A stretch of 64,000 nt of DNA from Eledone cirrhosa. Its lineage: Eukaryota. How positions within the stretch are numbered: position 1 is the first letter of the stretch; each line of letters starts with the position of its first letter. Location of the stretch: contig OZ024745.1 of the NCBI GenBank assembly GCA_964016885.1, positions 5,146,001 through 5,210,000 on the forward strand. The letters are read 5' to 3'. The notes beneath the pieces are model-generated. The model had not been told where the DNA came from. It ran no database searches and saw nothing but the letters and a program-made list of their open reading frames with translations. Shown one piece after another: positions 62,401 through 64,000 of this stretch. The position numbers were made by a program, and so were the translations under genes.

Positions 62401-64000
62401 TAGTATACTAGGTAGAGATAGTAGTATACTAGGTAGAGTTAGTAGTATACTAGGTAGAGATGGTAGTATACTAGGTAGATATAGTAGTATACTAGGTAGA
62501 GATAGTACTATACTAGGTAGAGATAGTAGTATACTAGGTAGATATAGTAGTATACTAGGTAGATATAGTAGTATACTAGGTAGAGATGGTAGTATACTAG
62601 GTAGAGATAGTATACTAGGTAGAGATAGTAGTATACTAGGTAGAGATGGTAGTATACTAGGTAGATATAGTAGTATACTAGGTAGAGATAGTACTATACT
62701 AGGTAGAGATAGTAGTATACTAGGTAGAGATGGCAGTGTACTAGGTAGAGATAGTAGTATACTAGGTAGAGATGGTAGTATACTAGGTAGAGATAGTATA
62801 CTAGGTAGAGATAGTAGTATACTAGGTAGAGATGGTAGTATACTAGGGAGAGATGGTAGTATACTAGGTAGAGATGGTAGTATACTAGGTAGAGATAGTA
62901 TTATACTAGGTAGAGTTAGTAGTATACTAGGTAGATATAGTACTATACTAGGTAGAGATAGTACTATATTAGGTAGAGATAGTACTATACTAGGTAGAGA
63001 TAGTAGTATACTAGGTAGATATAGTAGTGTACTAGGTAGAGATAGTACTATACTAGGTAGAGATAGTAGTACACTAGGTAGTGATAGTAGTATACTAGGT
63101 AGATATAGTAGTATACTAGGTAGAGATGGTAGTATACTAGGTAGAGATAGTAGTATACTAGGTAGAGATAGTAGTATACTAGGTAGAGATAGTAGTATAC
63201 TAGGTAGAGATGGCAGTGTACTAGGTAGAGATAGTAGTATACTAGGTAGAGATGGTAGTATACTAGGTAGAGATAGTATACTAGGTAGATATAGTAGTAT
63301 ATTAGGTAGAGATAGTAGTATACTAGGGAGAGATAGTATACTAGGTAGAGATAGTAGTATACTAGGTAGAGATGGTAGTATACTAGGTAGAGATAGTAGT
63401 ATACTAGGTAGAGATAGTAGTATACTAGGTAGAGATAGTACTATACTAGGTAGAGATGGTAGTATACTAGGTAGAGATAGTATACTAGGTAGAGATAGTA
63501 GTATACTAGGTAGAGATAGCAGTATACTAGGTAGAGATAGTACTATACTAGGTAGAGATAGTAGTATACTAGATGGAGATAGTACTATACTAGGTAGAGG
63601 TAGTAGTATACTAGGTAGAGATAGTAGTATACTAGGTAATGATGGTAGTATACTAGGTAGATAGTAGTATAATAGGGAGATATTGTAGTATACTAGGTAG
63701 AGATAGTAGTACACTAGGTAGAGATGGTAGTATACTAGGTAGAGTTAGTAGTATACTAGGTAGATATAGTAGTATACTAGGTAGAGATAGTAGTATACTA
63801 GGTAGGGATAGTAGTATACTAGGTAGAGATAGCAGTATACTAGGTAGATATAGTAGCATACTAGGTAGAGATAGTAGTGTACTAGGGAGAGATAGTAGTA
63901 TACTCGGTAGAGATAGTAGTATACTAGGTAGAGATAGTAGTATGCTAGGTAGAGATGGTAGTATACTAGGTAGAGATGGTAGTATACTAGGTAGAGATAG
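44483..64000. repeat. 21-bp tandem satellite with higher-order structure, running off the window end
   Basis: unit gtagagatagtagtatactag, roughly 930 copies by length; recurrent variant blocks. Confidence 0.98.

Noticed and set aside
44492-63859. Very long ORFs (up to 1626 aa; LPSILLS / ILGRDSS repeats)
   Set aside because: They follow from a 21-bp unit with stop-free frames; indels are 3-nt tag slippage, frames break at the variant block, and there is no unique domain

Overview
AT-rich, repeat-dense animal genomic DNA; the (TA)n/(CAT)n microsatellites, RTE and CR1 LINEs and tRNA-derived SINEs resemble an octopus-type genome (inference). Six phase-consistent AG/GT-bounded coding exons on the + strand (1029-23583) splice into a coiled-coil protein segment that aligns by eye with the middle of CEP112; no further exon was found. 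The introns hold truncated RTE LINEs (with a PHD-type C4HC3 finger inside the RT), CR1 LINEs, two SINE families, a complete 1.97-kb non-coding LTR element with a 4-bp TSD and an unusually long tRNA-Trp primer-binding site, several minisatellites, a 4.2-kb 50-bp satellite and a >19.5-kb 21-bp satellite with ~7.17-kb higher-order structure. The most striking signal is a dense set of type I hammerhead ribozyme motifs (10 with complete cores from 6 families, plus decayed or half copies). Most sit in short non-coding inverted-repeat elements beside (TA)n tracts, as expected for Penelope-like pseudo-LTR remnants, and several unrelated families share a non-canonical U-U mismatch at the base of stem II. 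All alignments and folds were done by eye; no database search was run.
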